A stretch of DNA of 64,000 nucleotides from an uncultured Bifidobacteriaceae bacterium (lineage in GTDB: Bacteria > Verrucomicrobiota > Verrucomicrobiia > Limisphaerales > UBA11358), in the NCBI GenBank assembly GCA_964536285.1, contig CAZHXG010000009.1, forward strand, positions 2,604 through 66,603, written 5' to 3'. Made by a program: the position numbers and the translations under genes. The notes beneath the pieces were generated by a model, which was given only the letters and a program-made list of their open reading frames with translations, was not told the DNA's origin and ran no database searches. Positions 24,449-35,762 of the stretch are shown here, in pieces; position 1 is the stretch's first letter; the number at the start of each line of letters is the position of its first letter.

Positions 24449-25141
24449 TCAAACCGACACGGTCAATGGCTTCCCATTCTGGGCGGAATTGATTTTCAAC
24501 AGGAACGCACAGGCGGTCTTTGCCCATTCAGCGGGCTTTGGATAATTGGCTGCACCACCGGCAAAACAGCTTTGCAACATGGCGGTGTCGATAATGCCGG
24601 GATTGAGCGGCACGGCGGCCATGCCTGGCGGCAATTCCTGTGCGAGCGATTGCGTAAGTCCCTCGATGGCCCACTTCGTCGCGCAATACGGCGCGACTTC
24701 CGCGTCGGTCGAGCGTCCCCAGCCGGAACTGAAATTCACGATGATGCCCCTGCCCTGCCTGACCATCGCGGGAACAAAATGGCGGATGACGTTCGCCACG
24801 CCTTTGATATTCACGTCAATCACGTCGGAAAACTCTTTTGCAGGAACTTCCCAAAGTCTCGCATTGCGATTGATGAGCGCGGCGTTGTTGAGCAGCAAAT
24901 CCGGCGCGGCGTGCGAAGACAAGATTCGTTTTGCCCATGCGGCGACTTGCGAATCGTCGGCGACGTTCACGACGGAAAAATCATTCGGCGCAGGAAATTG
25001 TTTTTGCAACTGTGCTATTTCCTTTTCGGAGCGTCCGCAGCCGATGACGGTGTGGCCGAGCCGGATGAATTCTTCCGTCAGCGCGCGCCCAAGCCCGCGC
25101 GAGACGCCCGTGATGAGGATGGTTTTTTGATTTGCGAACAT
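24449..25141 (-). CDS. short-chain dehydrogenase/reductase (SDR)
   Basis: 230 aa. The NAD(P) site is TGVSRGLG, NNAA is present, and the catalytic motif is YCATK (YxxxK). Confidence 0.88.
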   Translation of the reverse strand: MFANQKTILITGVSRGLGRALTEEFIRLGHTVIGCGRSEKEIAQLQKQFPAPNDFSVVNVADDSQVAAWAKRILSSHAAPDLLLNNAALINRNARLWEVPAKEFSDVIDVNIKGVANVIRHFVPAMVRQGRGIIVNFSSGWGRSTDAEVAPYCATKWAIEGLTQSLAQELPPGMAAVPLNPGIIDTAMLQSCFAGGAANYPKPAEWAKTACAFLLKINSAQNGKPLTVSV

Positions 25142-25166
25142 AACGGCTTTTCAGCTTTCTTTGAAA

Positions 25167-25236
25167 GTAGCAGCCGACGTGAGTCGGCTCTAACTTTTTT
25201 GTCGAAATGAATGAGCGGACTTACGTCCGCTGCTAC
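25167..25236. repeat. two inverted REP-like 24-nt elements
   Basis: The copies are gtagcagccgacgtgagtcggctc (25167-25190, a 6-7 bp stem with a GTGA loop) and gagcggacttacgtccgctgctac (25213-25236). The second copy overlaps the cbpA-like stop codon. Confidence 0.75.
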
Positions 25237-26186
25237 GCTCGCGGGTTGAATCTGGATTCGCGTTGCAATTGTTCCCACAACTTTTTCTCCGCATCGGAAA
25301 TTTTTGTCGGGATAACGATCTTGGTAACGACAATCAGATCGCCGGACGGCGGCAGGCCGCGACCGCGCACGCGAAGTTTCTGGCCGCTTTGCGTTCCGGG
25401 AGAAATTTTTATCTTCACGCGACCCGTGAACGTCGGCACGGAAATCTCCGCGCCGAGCGCGGCTTCCCACGGCGCGAGTTCGACTTCGTAAATCAAATTG
25501 TGATCCTCGACATCGAAGTCGGGATGCTTGGCGAGCCGCACGCGAAGATACACATCGCCCGCCATGCCGCCGCCGGAACCGTGTTCGCCGCGACCGGCCA
25601 ATCGCAATCGCTGGCCCTCGGTGACGCCCGCGGGAATCTTGACCTGATGCGTTTCGTTGCGGGAGCCGTGCCGCACCGTGACTGAACGGACCGAGCCGCG
25701 CGCTGCTTCTTCGAGCGTGACCATGATGTCGCCTTCCACGTCGCGCCCGCGCTCGGCCAGTTCGTCCCCTGAAAAATTCGCGGTGCGGCCAAAACCGCTT
25801 CCGCCACGCCGCGCGCCGCCGAAAATCTGCTCGAAGAAATCGCTGAAGCCGGTACCGCCGAATTCAAAATCCTCGACGTTGACGGTGCGACCGCCGCGAA
25901 AAGTCTGACCGCCGGGAGCATGCCCGTAACCGGGTGGCGGACGAAATTCCGTGCCGGACTTCCAGTTCGCGCCAAGCTCGTCGTATTTTTTCCGCTTGGC
26001 CGGATCGGATAAAACTTCATAGGCCTCGTTGATCTCCTTGAATTTTTCCTCGGCCTTCTTTTTGTCCTTGGCGACGTCGGGATGATACAGGCGCGCGAGT
26101 TTGCGAAAGGATTTTTTGATCTCGTCGGCGCTCGCGGTGCGCGGGATGCCGAGGCTTTCGTAATAATCTTTGTATTGGACGGGCAT
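25233..26186 (-). CDS. cbpA: DnaJ-family co-chaperone lacking the zinc-finger domain (CbpA-like)
   Basis: 317 aa. The J-domain carries YHPD, followed by a G/F-rich linker and DnaJ C-terminal domains. There are no CxxCxGxG repeats. Confidence 0.82.
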   Translation of the reverse strand: MPVQYKDYYESLGIPRTASADEIKKSFRKLARLYHPDVAKDKKKAEEKFKEINEAYEVLSDPAKRKKYDELGANWKSGTEFRPPPGYGHAPGGQTFRGGRTVNVEDFEFGGTGFSDFFEQIFGGARRGGSGFGRTANFSGDELAERGRDVEGDIMVTLEEAARGSVRSVTVRHGSRNETHQVKIPAGVTEGQRLRLAGRGEHGSGGGMAGDVYLRVRLAKHPDFDVEDHNLIYEVELAPWEAALGAEISVPTFTGRVKIKISPGTQSGQKLRVRGRGLPPSGDLIVVTKIVIPTKISDAEKKLWEQLQRESRFNPRA

Positions 26187-26278
26187 GATTGGTTGCGTTC
26201 AACAGCGACCGGGAATGAATTTGCCCGCTTGCGGGATTTTGTCAAAACCACAAGCGGGCGAAATTTTCCGTCAAAAGG

Positions 26279-27802
26279 TTACTTTTGCTCCTTGTCCTTC
26301 TTTGTGTTGTCCACGCTCAAATAGCGCGTGCTTTCGAAATCGCCGTCACGCCGCCAAATTTTGAGAAGAATCTGGCCGCCTTTGGCCTGACGGCAAAGCT
26401 TCACGGCAGTATCCGCATCGCTCACCGGCTTCTGGTTGACCTCGACGATGATATCTCCCTTTTGCAGTCCGGCTTCGGCGGAGTTGGAATCGGCGTCCAC
26501 GTCCGTGACAATCGCGCCCTGGATGTTGTCGGGGATTTTCAATTGCTGGCGCGCGTCCTTGTCAATGTCGGAAACGGTCACGCCGTCGAGCGCATCGGTT
26601 TTGGAAATGTCGGAGTCGGAACCGTTCTGGCCATTTTGTTCATCCATCTCGCCGGGCCTTTCAGCAAGGGTGACCGTGACGGTCTTCTGTTGTCCCTGAT
26701 GGATCAACTTGACGGTTGCCCGGCTTCCGGGAGCGCAATCAGCAACCATCAGAAGGAGGCCGTGCGCGTCCATCACGTCCTTGCCGTTGAAAGCGATGAT
26801 GACATCGCCGGATTTGATTCCTGCTTTTTCCGCGGGCGAATTCGTGACGACACCACCTACGAGCGCACCGTTCTGATTCGGCAGATTGAAGGCTTGCGCC
26901 AAACCGGGCGTGACGTCCTGCGGCGAAACCCCGAGAAAACCGCGCGTGACCTTGCCGCCGCTGATGAGGCGATCCATGGAATGGCGCGCCATGTTGACGG
27001 GCACGGCGAACCCGATGCCCTGATTGCCGCCGCTGCGGCTGATGATCGCGGTGTTGATGCCGACGAGCCGGCCCTCGGCATCCACAAGAGCGCCGCCGGA
27101 ATTGCCGGGGTTGATCGCCGCGTCGGTCTGGATGAAATCTTCGTATCCGTTGAATCCAAGCCCGCTACGGCCAAGCGCGCTGACGATGCCCATCGTCACC
27201 GTCTGGCCGACGCCGAAAGGATTTCCGATGGCGAGGACGACGTCGCCGATTTCCAATTGGTCACTGTCGGCGAGCGTAATCGCCGGCAAGCCGGTCGCTT
27301 CAATTTTCAAAATGGCCACGTCCGTCTGCGGATCGGTGCCGATGACTTTGGCGGTGAATTTTTTCCTGTCGTCGTCGCCAAGGGCCACTTTGATTTCATC
27401 GGCGCCGCTGACGACGTGATTGGCGGTGAGGATATAGCCGTCCGGCGAAACGATAACGCCGGAGCCGAGGCTTTGTTCCTTGCGCGTGCTTGGGTGGTTG
27501 TCCTGCGGAAGCTGGTCGCCGAAAAACTGGCGGAATATCGGATCGTTTTGGAAGGGGTTCATCATCGGCTGCACTTTGACGGTGCGCGTCGAGTAGATGT
27601 TCACGACGCTCGGCGCGGCTTTTTTGACGATGGGCGCAAAACTCGTGCCGAGCTTGGCATCGCGGTTGACCGGCGTGTTCGAGATGGTGATGTTGGGCGG
27701 CGCGTCCTTGCCCCAAAGTGTGAAGTGGAAAACGGCGCAAACGACCAGCGCGCCCGCCGCCGCAGACACAAATCCGACAAACGATTTTGAGAACTGTTTC
27801 AT
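26279..27802 (-). CDS. htrA: HtrA/DegP-family periplasmic serine protease with two PDZ domains
   Basis: I trimmed the start to MKQFSKSF... Motifs are TANHVV, D..ILKI and the catalytic GNSGGAL. Two PDZ-like regions follow. Confidence 0.92.
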   Translation of the reverse strand: MKQFSKSFVGFVSAAAGALVVCAVFHFTLWGKDAPPNITISNTPVNRDAKLGTSFAPIVKKAAPSVVNIYSTRTVKVQPMMNPFQNDPIFRQFFGDQLPQDNHPSTRKEQSLGSGVIVSPDGYILTANHVVSGADEIKVALGDDDRKKFTAKVIGTDPQTDVAILKIEATGLPAITLADSDQLEIGDVVLAIGNPFGVGQTVTMGIVSALGRSGLGFNGYEDFIQTDAAINPGNSGGALVDAEGRLVGINTAIISRSGGNQGIGFAVPVNMARHSMDRLISGGKVTRGFLGVSPQDVTPGLAQAFNLPNQNGALVGGVVTNSPAEKAGIKSGDVIIAFNGKDVMDAHGLLLMVADCAPGSRATVKLIHQGQQKTVTVTLAERPGEMDEQNGQNGSDSDISKTDALDGVTVSDIDKDARQQLKIPDNIQGAIVTDVDADSNSAEAGLQKGDIIVEVNQKPVSDADTAVKLCRQAKGGQILLKIWRRDGDFESTRYLSVDNTKKDKEQK

Positions 27803-27853
27803 AACTTCGGTAAAATTGACAACGTGCCGAAGTAAATGTTCAAATGCCAACGG

Positions 27854-28678
27854 TCAGTTCGTATTTGTCTGCGACTGAAGTTTTTGAACGTCTTCCGATT
27901 TGATCGTTTCTATCTTGGCGCCTTTTTTCATTGAGTCCGCCGAAGGCACTTTGATGACATCGCTGGTGATTGGCGCGGGCGGCCGCGGAGCCATGAAGTC
28001 GAGCAGTTCCACCTCAAAAATCAGCGTGGAATTTGGGGGAATGCTGCCCTGCCCTTGTTCACCGTAAGCGAGGGCAGGAGGAATGAACAGCTTCCACTTC
28101 GATCCGACCTTCATTTGCGTGAGCGCCTCCGTCCAGCCGCGCATGACACGGTTGACTTGAAATTGCGCAGGGCGGCCGCCGGCTCTGGCCGTACTGTCGA
28201 ACTCCGTGCCGTCTATGAGTGTGCCGCGATAATTCACGGTCACGATGGAATTGGAAGCCGGCGTCGCGCCGGTACCGTTAGTGATGACGATGTATTGCAG
28301 ACCGTCCGGCAATGTGATCACGCCGGGTTGGTTTTTATTTTTCGCCAGAAAGGCCTCGCCCTCGGCTTTATTTGTCACGGCCTGCTCCGCACGCTCTTTT
28401 TTCAGCTTCTCGTTGAGATCTTTCTGAAACTCACGAACCGTTGCCTGCATTTCCTCCTTCGTCAAAAGCGTCGGCGCGCCCGATTGCTGATCCTTCAGTC
28501 CGCGCAAAAACAAGTCGTCGTCCAAGTCAATACCCTGCCGTTTCCAATTGGAGCCGATCATCATGCCGATGGCGTAACTGGAGCGCTCCTTTTCGCCGGT
28601 CAACACATTTGTACCGTCAGCGAAAAGCGAAACGCTCGTTGCCAGGGAAAGGACAGCCGTTAAAAGAATTGTTTTCAT
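27854..28678 (-). CDS. FKBP-type peptidyl-prolyl isomerase (FkpA/Mip-like), exported
   Basis: 274 aa. It has a signal peptide, an N-terminal dimerisation helix region, and an FKBP core (VNYRGTLIDGTEFDS..GWTEAL..PPALAYG). Confidence 0.88.
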   Translation of the reverse strand: MKTILLTAVLSLATSVSLFADGTNVLTGEKERSSYAIGMMIGSNWKRQGIDLDDDLFLRGLKDQQSGAPTLLTKEEMQATVREFQKDLNEKLKKERAEQAVTNKAEGEAFLAKNKNQPGVITLPDGLQYIVITNGTGATPASNSIVTVNYRGTLIDGTEFDSTARAGGRPAQFQVNRVMRGWTEALTQMKVGSKWKLFIPPALAYGEQGQGSIPPNSTLIFEVELLDFMAPRPPAPITSDVIKVPSADSMKKGAKIETIKSEDVQKLQSQTNTN

Positions 28679-28816
28679 AAATTGATTTTTGGGCAGGGAT
28701 TATCGGAACTTTGTCCGGAAAAGGCAACCTGATTTTTTGCCCCTGTTCCCGGTTGCGAAATATTTTCCTTCACTGAACGGATTCTGCTATAGTTGGTCGA
28801 AGTTGTGCCGATCAAA

Positions 28817-31126
28817 ATGCGCCATTCCAAAATCATAACATCCGCCCTGTTCGGTTTCCTTGTCGTCGCCGGTTGCATCACAAACCAGAATCTCTCGCGG
28901 TCACCGGCCGCTAAAATCGAGCCTTCGCAGTTGACGCCCGGCACAACCGACGGGCGCATCGCCTATCTGACGGCGCGTCTGCTGGAAGATTACCACTACT
29001 CGCAACAGCCGCTTGACGCGGAGATGTCGGAAAAATTTTTCGACGATTACGTCGGCGGGTCGGGCGGGCTTGATTCAAGGCATGAAAATTTTCTGCAATC
29101 GGACATCGCCGGGTTCTCGCGCTGGCGGACAAATCTGGACACGCTCACCGTCAACGGCAAGGGCGTCGCCGACCTGACGCCCGCGCTGCAGATTTTCCAG
29201 CGGTTGACCGAACGCCTTGAACAGCACACCGCCTACGTTGACGACCTGCTCAAGGAGGACAAATTCAAATTCACCGGAAGCGACAGCTATTTCTTTGACC
29301 GCCGGGACGAGCCGTTTCCCAAGGATTTGGAAGAGGCTAAAGAACTCTGGCGCGAGCATTTGCGCTACGAGTATCTGCAGGAAAAATTAAGCCACGAACT
29401 CTCGCCAACCAATAGCGACATTGTCCTGCCTTTGTCAAAATCTGCCGACGCGGAGATCCGCGAAAAACTTGTGCGCCATTACGACTGGATACTTCACTAT
29501 TACACCAACTGGGACAGCACGGACGTGTTGCAATATTATCTCGAATCGCTCGCGCACGCCTATGATCCACATTCGGATTATCTCAACAACGCCCACGCGC
29601 AGGATTTTTCCATCGGCATGAGCCTCTCGCTCTTCGGCATCGGGGCAAAGCTTACCGAGGACGACGGTTATTGCACCATCAGTGAACTGATTCGCGGCGG
29701 CCCGGCGGACAAAAGCAAACTCCTCAATGAGAAAGACCGCATCGTGGCCGTGGCGCAAAGCAATCTTCCGCCGGTGGACGTGGTGGACATGGATCTCGGA
29801 CGAGTCGTCCAGCTCATCCGCGGCCCGAAAGGAACGGAGGTGCGTCTGACCATAAGTCCGGCGGACGACCGCGCCGCGCGCCGAGTGCTCACTCTCGTTC
29901 GCGACGAAATAAAACTTGAAGATCAGGAGGCCAAGGCGCAACTCATCGAATCACCCGACGGCAAAGGCGGCACGAACCGGTTGGGTGTCATCGATCTGCC
30001 TTCGTTCTACGCCCCGATTGATTTGTCCGGCAACACGGGACACACCAAACCAAAATATACATCCGTTGATGTCGCAAAACTGGTCAAAAAACTCGAGCAG
30101 GAAAAGGTCAGCGGGATCATCTTGGATTTGCGGAGCAATCCCGGCGGCTCCCTCGAAGAAGCCGTCAAGTTCACCGGTCTTTTCGTCAAGCCCGGCCCCG
30201 TCGTGCTCGCGCGCGATTCCAACGGAGGGATAAGCGTTGATGGAAACAGTGACACGAAGGTTCTCTACGACGGCCCGCTCGTCGTGCTCATCAATCGTTT
30301 GAGCGCGTCCGCTGCGGAAATCGCCGCCGCCGCGTTGCAGGATTACGGCCGCGCACTCGTCGTCGGCGACATTTCCACGTTTGGCAAGGGCACGGTGCAG
30401 GATTTGCATCAGTTATATCCGTTCATCTGGTCGTCGTCCAAAAGCGTCACGAACGATCCCGGCACGGTCAAGATCAGCATCAGAAAATTCTATCGGGTCA
30501 GCGGCGCTTCGACACAATTGAAGGGCGTCGTGCCAGACATCGTGTTGCCGGACATTTTTAATTATTCCACCGAATTCGGCTTCGGCGAAACCACTCTCGA
30601 AAATCCTCTGCCCTGGGACACGATTCCCAGCGCGGATTACGACAAGTTAAATCTCGTTTACGACAAATTGAATCTAGTGCAACCGTATCTCGCACAATTA
30701 AGCCGGCGCTCTGACGCACGCGTCGCTACTAATCAGGATTTCATTTACGTCCGGCAGGACATCGAACAATTTCAAAAATTGCAGATCGACAAATCCGCCA
30801 CGCTCAACGAGCGCGAAGCGCTGGAAGAACGCCAGACAAACCAGGCCCGCCAGAAAGCCCGCGATGCCGAACGTGCCGCGCGCAAGTCCCCGGACATGAC
30901 AATCTACGAAATCACTCCCGAAAACGCCGACCATCCGGGTTTGCCGACACCGACCATCCAAACGAACGAAACGACTGTGGCCACATCCACAAACAGCATG
31001 TCTGCAACGGCTGAAAAAAAATCACCGCCATCCATTATTGATCCGATGCTCGGCGAAACGGAAAACATTCTCGAAGATTACATTTCGTTGTTGTCAAAAA
31101 ACACCACCTTGATAGCGAACCATTGA
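28817..31126 (+). CDS. prc: S41 carboxy-terminal processing (tail-specific) protease
   Basis: The start is taken at MRHSKIITSALFGFLVVAGC (lipobox). A PDZ region and the S41 core (ILDLRSNPGG, INRLSASAAEI, GTFGKGTVQ) are present. Confidence 0.9.
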   Translation: MRHSKIITSALFGFLVVAGCITNQNLSRSPAAKIEPSQLTPGTTDGRIAYLTARLLEDYHYSQQPLDAEMSEKFFDDYVGGSGGLDSRHENFLQSDIAGFSRWRTNLDTLTVNGKGVADLTPALQIFQRLTERLEQHTAYVDDLLKEDKFKFTGSDSYFFDRRDEPFPKDLEEAKELWREHLRYEYLQEKLSHELSPTNSDIVLPLSKSADAEIREKLVRHYDWILHYYTNWDSTDVLQYYLESLAHAYDPHSDYLNNAHAQDFSIGMSLSLFGIGAKLTEDDGYCTISELIRGGPADKSKLLNEKDRIVAVAQSNLPPVDVVDMDLGRVVQLIRGPKGTEVRLTISPADDRAARRVLTLVRDEIKLEDQEAKAQLIESPDGKGGTNRLGVIDLPSFYAPIDLSGNTGHTKPKYTSVDVAKLVKKLEQEKVSGIILDLRSNPGGSLEEAVKFTGLFVKPGPVVLARDSNGGISVDGNSDTKVLYDGPLVVLINRLSASAAEIAAAALQDYGRALVVGDISTFGKGTVQDLHQLYPFIWSSSKSVTNDPGTVKISIRKFYRVSGASTQLKGVVPDIVLPDIFNYSTEFGFGETTLENPLPWDTIPSADYDKLNLVYDKLNLVQPYLAQLSRRSDARVATNQDFIYVRQDIEQFQKLQIDKSATLNEREALEERQTNQARQKARDAERAARKSPDMTIYEITPENADHPGLPTPTIQTNETTVATSTNSMSATAEKKSPPSIIDPMLGETENILEDYISLLSKNTTLIANH

Positions 31127-31131
31127 GTCTT

Positions 31132-31731
31132 ATGAAAGCGTCCGCGGCTTTTTTCTGCGCACTGTTCCTGGCAAACGGCATTTTTGCCGACCCTTATTCG
31201 ATGGCCATACAGCGCGCTAAAAATGTCTCCGCAAACGAAACCAAAATGAGCAACGCAACGGCGAATCAGGACAATCCGCCGCCACAATCCTCTTCCCCCG
31301 CTGCGACAAGGCCCGCTCCACCGCAGGACAATCCGGTTCTCGAAGCCACTTTGCGAAACATCGCCAACTTGCGCGTGGATTTCGACGCGCTCGGCAAATT
31401 GTCCGAACTCAAATCCGATTCCCCGCCGAAAAAATTATTGCTGAATGATTTGACGGCGGCGGCCCAAGGCACAAAGCCATCGCAAACCTCCGTCACCAAC
31501 CTCGCCGAAAATCTCGCGGTCGCAGTCGCCGGGAAATCAACCTTGCAGCCGCAGCACGCGAAACTCGCGCAGGACGTTCACGCCATCTTCAACAGCTCGC
31601 ACCTTTCCAAAAGCCAGCAGCAGATGATCTTCGATGAGGTGCAAAAAAAATTGCAGGACGGCGGCGCGACGGCGGACAACATCACGAACGTGGTGAACGG
31701 CATCAAGACAATCGCCGCCGAAACGAAATGA
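31132..31731 (+). CDS. secreted hypothetical protein
   Basis: The ATG at 31132 gives the signal peptide MKASAAFFCALFLANGIFA. The gene's stop overlaps the yacG start by 4 nt. Confidence 0.55.
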   Translation: MKASAAFFCALFLANGIFADPYSMAIQRAKNVSANETKMSNATANQDNPPPQSSSPAATRPAPPQDNPVLEATLRNIANLRVDFDALGKLSELKSDSPPKKLLLNDLTAAAQGTKPSQTSVTNLAENLAVAVAGKSTLQPQHAKLAQDVHAIFNSSHLSKSQQQMIFDEVQKKLQDGGATADNITNVVNGIKTIAAETK

Positions 31732-31946
31732 AAGGTTCCAAAACCAAATGCCCGACCTGTAAAAAGTCCGGCGACTGGTTCGCTGGAAAGTTTGCGCCGT
31801 TTTGTTCCGGGCGCTGCAAGCTGATTGACCTCGGCAAATGGTTCAACGGCGAGCACGCGATCTCCGAGCCGCTGCGCCCGGAACATTTTGAGAAATACGC
31901 CGATTTGCCGCCGGGCGAGCATCTGGACAAGCCGGAAAGCGATTGA
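31728..31946 (+). CDS. yacG: DNA gyrase inhibitor YacG (zinc finger)
   Basis: 72 aa. The sequence CPTCKK...PFCSGRCKLIDLGKW matches the YacG C4 zinc-finger signature. Confidence 0.85.
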   Translation: MKGSKTKCPTCKKSGDWFAGKFAPFCSGRCKLIDLGKWFNGEHAISEPLRPEHFEKYADLPPGEHLDKPESD

Positions 31947-31979
31947 GTTGAAAAGGCATCTTGCCGGTCTAATTTAAAA

Positions 31980-32642
31980 ATGAAACGTACATTTTACTTT
32001 CTGCTTGCCGCAGCAGCGCTGAATTTTTCCTGTTCCCGCCGCGACGTCGGACCACTTCAACCGCCTGACACTATGAACAAAACTGAAATGACCTCGACCA
32101 ACAAAACTGAAATCGCCGATTTCGGCGGCGGCTGCTTCTGGTGCATGGAAGCGGTCTTTGAACGATTGCCCGGTGTGATTTCCGTCACGAGCGGATTCGC
32201 CGGCGGCACGACGGAAAATCCGACTTACGAGCAGGTCTGCACCGAGACGACCGGCCACGCCGAAGTAACGGAGATCGAATTTGATCCCGCGAAGATTTCT
32301 TACGACAAGCTGCTGGAAGTTTTCTGGCAGGCGCACGACCCGACGACGTTGAACCGTCAGGGCGCGGACGTGGGCACGTCGTATCGCTCCATCATTTTGT
32401 ATCGCGATGAGAAACAGAGATTGCTCGCGGAAAAATCCAAGCTCGCGGCGCAGCAGGATTTCAAGCATCCGATCGTAACGGAAATCGTGCCGCTGAAGAA
32501 ATTTTACAAGGCCGAGGATTATCACCAGAAATACTACGACAACAATTCCAACCAAGGTTATTGCCAGGTCGTCATCGCGCCGAAGCTGGAAAAGTTGGAG
32601 AAGAAAAAAGTGATTCAGGAAAGGCCGCAGACGACGAAGTGA
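31980..32642 (+). CDS. msrA: peptide-methionine (S)-S-oxide reductase, with N-terminal export/lipoprotein signal
   Basis: 220 aa. The active site is GGGCFWCMEAVF. The N-terminus MKRTFYFLLAAAALNFSC looks like a lipobox signal. Confidence 0.92.
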   Translation: MKRTFYFLLAAAALNFSCSRRDVGPLQPPDTMNKTEMTSTNKTEIADFGGGCFWCMEAVFERLPGVISVTSGFAGGTTENPTYEQVCTETTGHAEVTEIEFDPAKISYDKLLEVFWQAHDPTTLNRQGADVGTSYRSIILYRDEKQRLLAEKSKLAAQQDFKHPIVTEIVPLKKFYKAEDYHQKYYDNNSNQGYCQVVIAPKLEKLEKKKVIQERPQTTK

Positions 32643-32755
32643 ATTGAAAGTGCTGGACAGATTTATTTGCGTCCAAAATACTTTTCTGAAATGAAACCGA
32701 ATAGGCTGCAAAACGCGAGGCCAAATCGTTATTAGAAGCCAACGAGCACTTTTCT

Positions 32756-33490
32756 ATGAACGATTGGTTCAATGAAATCGGGGCTGGCTGCGAACTACCG
32801 GCAAGTGCCGCACGGGAATTGCTTGATTTGGGTTTCGCCGTTATTCCGGGACCTGTGGCAACCAAGCGATTGGCGCAACTTGCCGACGCTTATGAATTAG
32901 CTGTGGCTGGCGCGTCTGCGGTTGACCTAAACATCGGCAGCACCACCACGCGAGTCCACGACTTCGTAAATCGCGGCGCAGAATTCGACCCGTTGTATAT
33001 CTACCGCCCCATCCTCGAGGCCTGCCATCGCGTCATCGGCCGATCTTTCAAGCTCAGTTCACTGCTGGCGAGAAGTGTGCGGCCACATACCCAAGCACAG
33101 CCCCTTCATGTGGACTTTAAGTCCGATGCAGATGGGTGGCCGATGGTTGGTTTCATCCTAATGGTAGACGACTTTAGAAAAGATAATGGGGCTACGCGTT
33201 TCGTGCCGGGTTCGCATAAGTCGCTGGCCATTCCAAGCGATGTCATGAAAGATCCCACGTCAGATTACGAATCGCAAGTGTTGGTGTGCGGCGCAGCGGG
33301 TTCGGTCATCGTCTACAACGGTTCTGTGTGGCACGGACACACAGCGAATACGTCTGATAAGCCTCGCCGCTCACTACAAGGTGCATATATCAGGCGTGAG
33401 GCTCAATCATCGGTAAACCTGCCTGCTCGTATGCGTCCCGAAACTCTCGCTCGCATCAGTCCGCTCGCAAAATATGTATTGGCCGTCTGA
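32756..33490 (+). CDS. phytanoyl-CoA dioxygenase (PhyH) family Fe(II)/2OG oxygenase
   Basis: 244 aa. Motifs are LHVDF (HxD), DNGATRFVPGSH and VWHGHTAN. Confidence 0.78.
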   Translation: MNDWFNEIGAGCELPASAARELLDLGFAVIPGPVATKRLAQLADAYELAVAGASAVDLNIGSTTTRVHDFVNRGAEFDPLYIYRPILEACHRVIGRSFKLSSLLARSVRPHTQAQPLHVDFKSDADGWPMVGFILMVDDFRKDNGATRFVPGSHKSLAIPSDVMKDPTSDYESQVLVCGAAGSVIVYNGSVWHGHTANTSDKPRRSLQGAYIRREAQSSVNLPARMRPETLARISPLAKYVLAV

Positions 33491-33516
33491 AAAATAAATT
33501 TATTACCAAAAACAAA

Positions 33517-33556
33517 AACGGCGAACTGTTTCCAGTCCGCCGTTTTGAATTTTGAT
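33517..33556. terminator. bidirectional intrinsic terminator between convergent genes
   Basis: The hairpin AACGGCG-14 nt-CGCCGTT spans 33517-33544. T-rich runs flank it on both strands: TTTTGAATTTTG on the plus strand and TTTTTGTTTTTGG on the minus strand. Confidence 0.6.
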
Positions 33557-33561
33557 TTCGC

Positions 33562-34632
<1,071 letters not shown>

Positions 34633-34965
34633 TTATCCTTATTCGATGAAATAAAATTGTTTCAAACTACGCGAAAATGTTAACCGCGCGCACGCCAGCG
34701 TCAATGAAGAATTCAGGAACAGAATTGTCAAACGCAAACCGTTTTTTGCGCTGTCATTGGAGTTTGGTGCCAAACAAAAGGAGGGTTTCCAGTCAGAGAC
34801 TCCTGATGTCTTCTCCTACGGTTTGATTTTGGGCGATGAGGGCATTCACACCGTCGCCCGGGCGTTCCAAGGTTGACGAGGCGCATCATCCGACACGCTT
34901 GCCGCCACGCCTCATCATAACGATGTCCTCTCCGTCGTATGTACAGAGGCGGCAAAATCCGTTTC

Positions 34966-35658
34966 TCAAGACTTCGGCGGTGATTGCGCAGCAGGCGGCG
35001 GAGTCGGGCTGGCGTGGCTGGCGGCGGCGTCCACGATGATGCGCGCGTTGGTGTAATTGCTCCCGAATTGCGCATTTCCCAACTGGCTGATCAGGTCGTC
35101 CATCAGCACGAGGTCACCGTCGGCGGCGGCAAATTCGGCCTGAAGATTGACGGTGATGGTTTTGCCCTGTGCGCGGGTGTCGCGTGGTTTGCTGATGAGC
35201 AGATTGAAGGCGATGATGGCGTTGTTCAGTGCGGCCACCTTGGCGGCGGTCACCCCGTAGGTGGCGAGGCCCGCAAGGTTCGCGTTCGCGGTGGTGGAGA
35301 TGCTCTGGCAGTAGTCGCGGGATTGCACGTCGCGCCCGCCCATGAGTTCGCTCATGGAAAAATCCACGGTCGCGGCGAGTGTGTGGTTCTTAACCTTGAC
35401 GGCGTAGGCGTGAATGGCGCCGGAGATGGACAACGCGGCGGCGCACATGGCCTGTCGCGCGACCTGTTTGTCCTGCGCCACTCCGCTGGTGTCCTGCGAC
35501 TGGCTTTGGGCAAACGTCTGGATGTTGGTGACGCGGGTTTTGAGGTCGGTGTAGGCGTCGGCAAACGCTTGAAGCGGCTGCCAGACAGTCGGGCTGGCGT
35601 CGCAAATCCCCTCGACGGCCTGATACATGTTCAGTTTGTTGAATTGTTTTGTGTTCAT
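34966..35658 (-). CDS. hypothetical protein (no recognisable domain)
   Basis: 230 aa. Codon usage matches the genome. Unusually long non-coding regions of 339 and 448 nt flank it. Confidence 0.6.
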   Translation of the reverse strand: MNTKQFNKLNMYQAVEGICDASPTVWQPLQAFADAYTDLKTRVTNIQTFAQSQSQDTSGVAQDKQVARQAMCAAALSISGAIHAYAVKVKNHTLAATVDFSMSELMGGRDVQSRDYCQSISTTANANLAGLATYGVTAAKVAALNNAIIAFNLLISKPRDTRAQGKTITVNLQAEFAAADGDLVLMDDLISQLGNAQFGSNYTNARIIVDAAASHASPTPPPAAQSPPKS

Positions 35659-35762
35659 GGTTTATTTCAAAAGCTTTCACGCCCTCTATAAACTAATACG
35701 TCCCGAAAACGTGAATCTTTCAAAAAAAATGAAAAAAAGTGCTGAAAAAATCCGAGAAATGT

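Noticed and set aside
26285-27790. A 501-aa ORF antisense to htrA. Similar shadows lie at 33709..34683, 48797..49636, 56995..57894 and 58328..59146.
   Set aside because: These are shadow ORFs of the same kind. The sense-strand products carry unambiguous catalytic motifs and the antisense products carry none.
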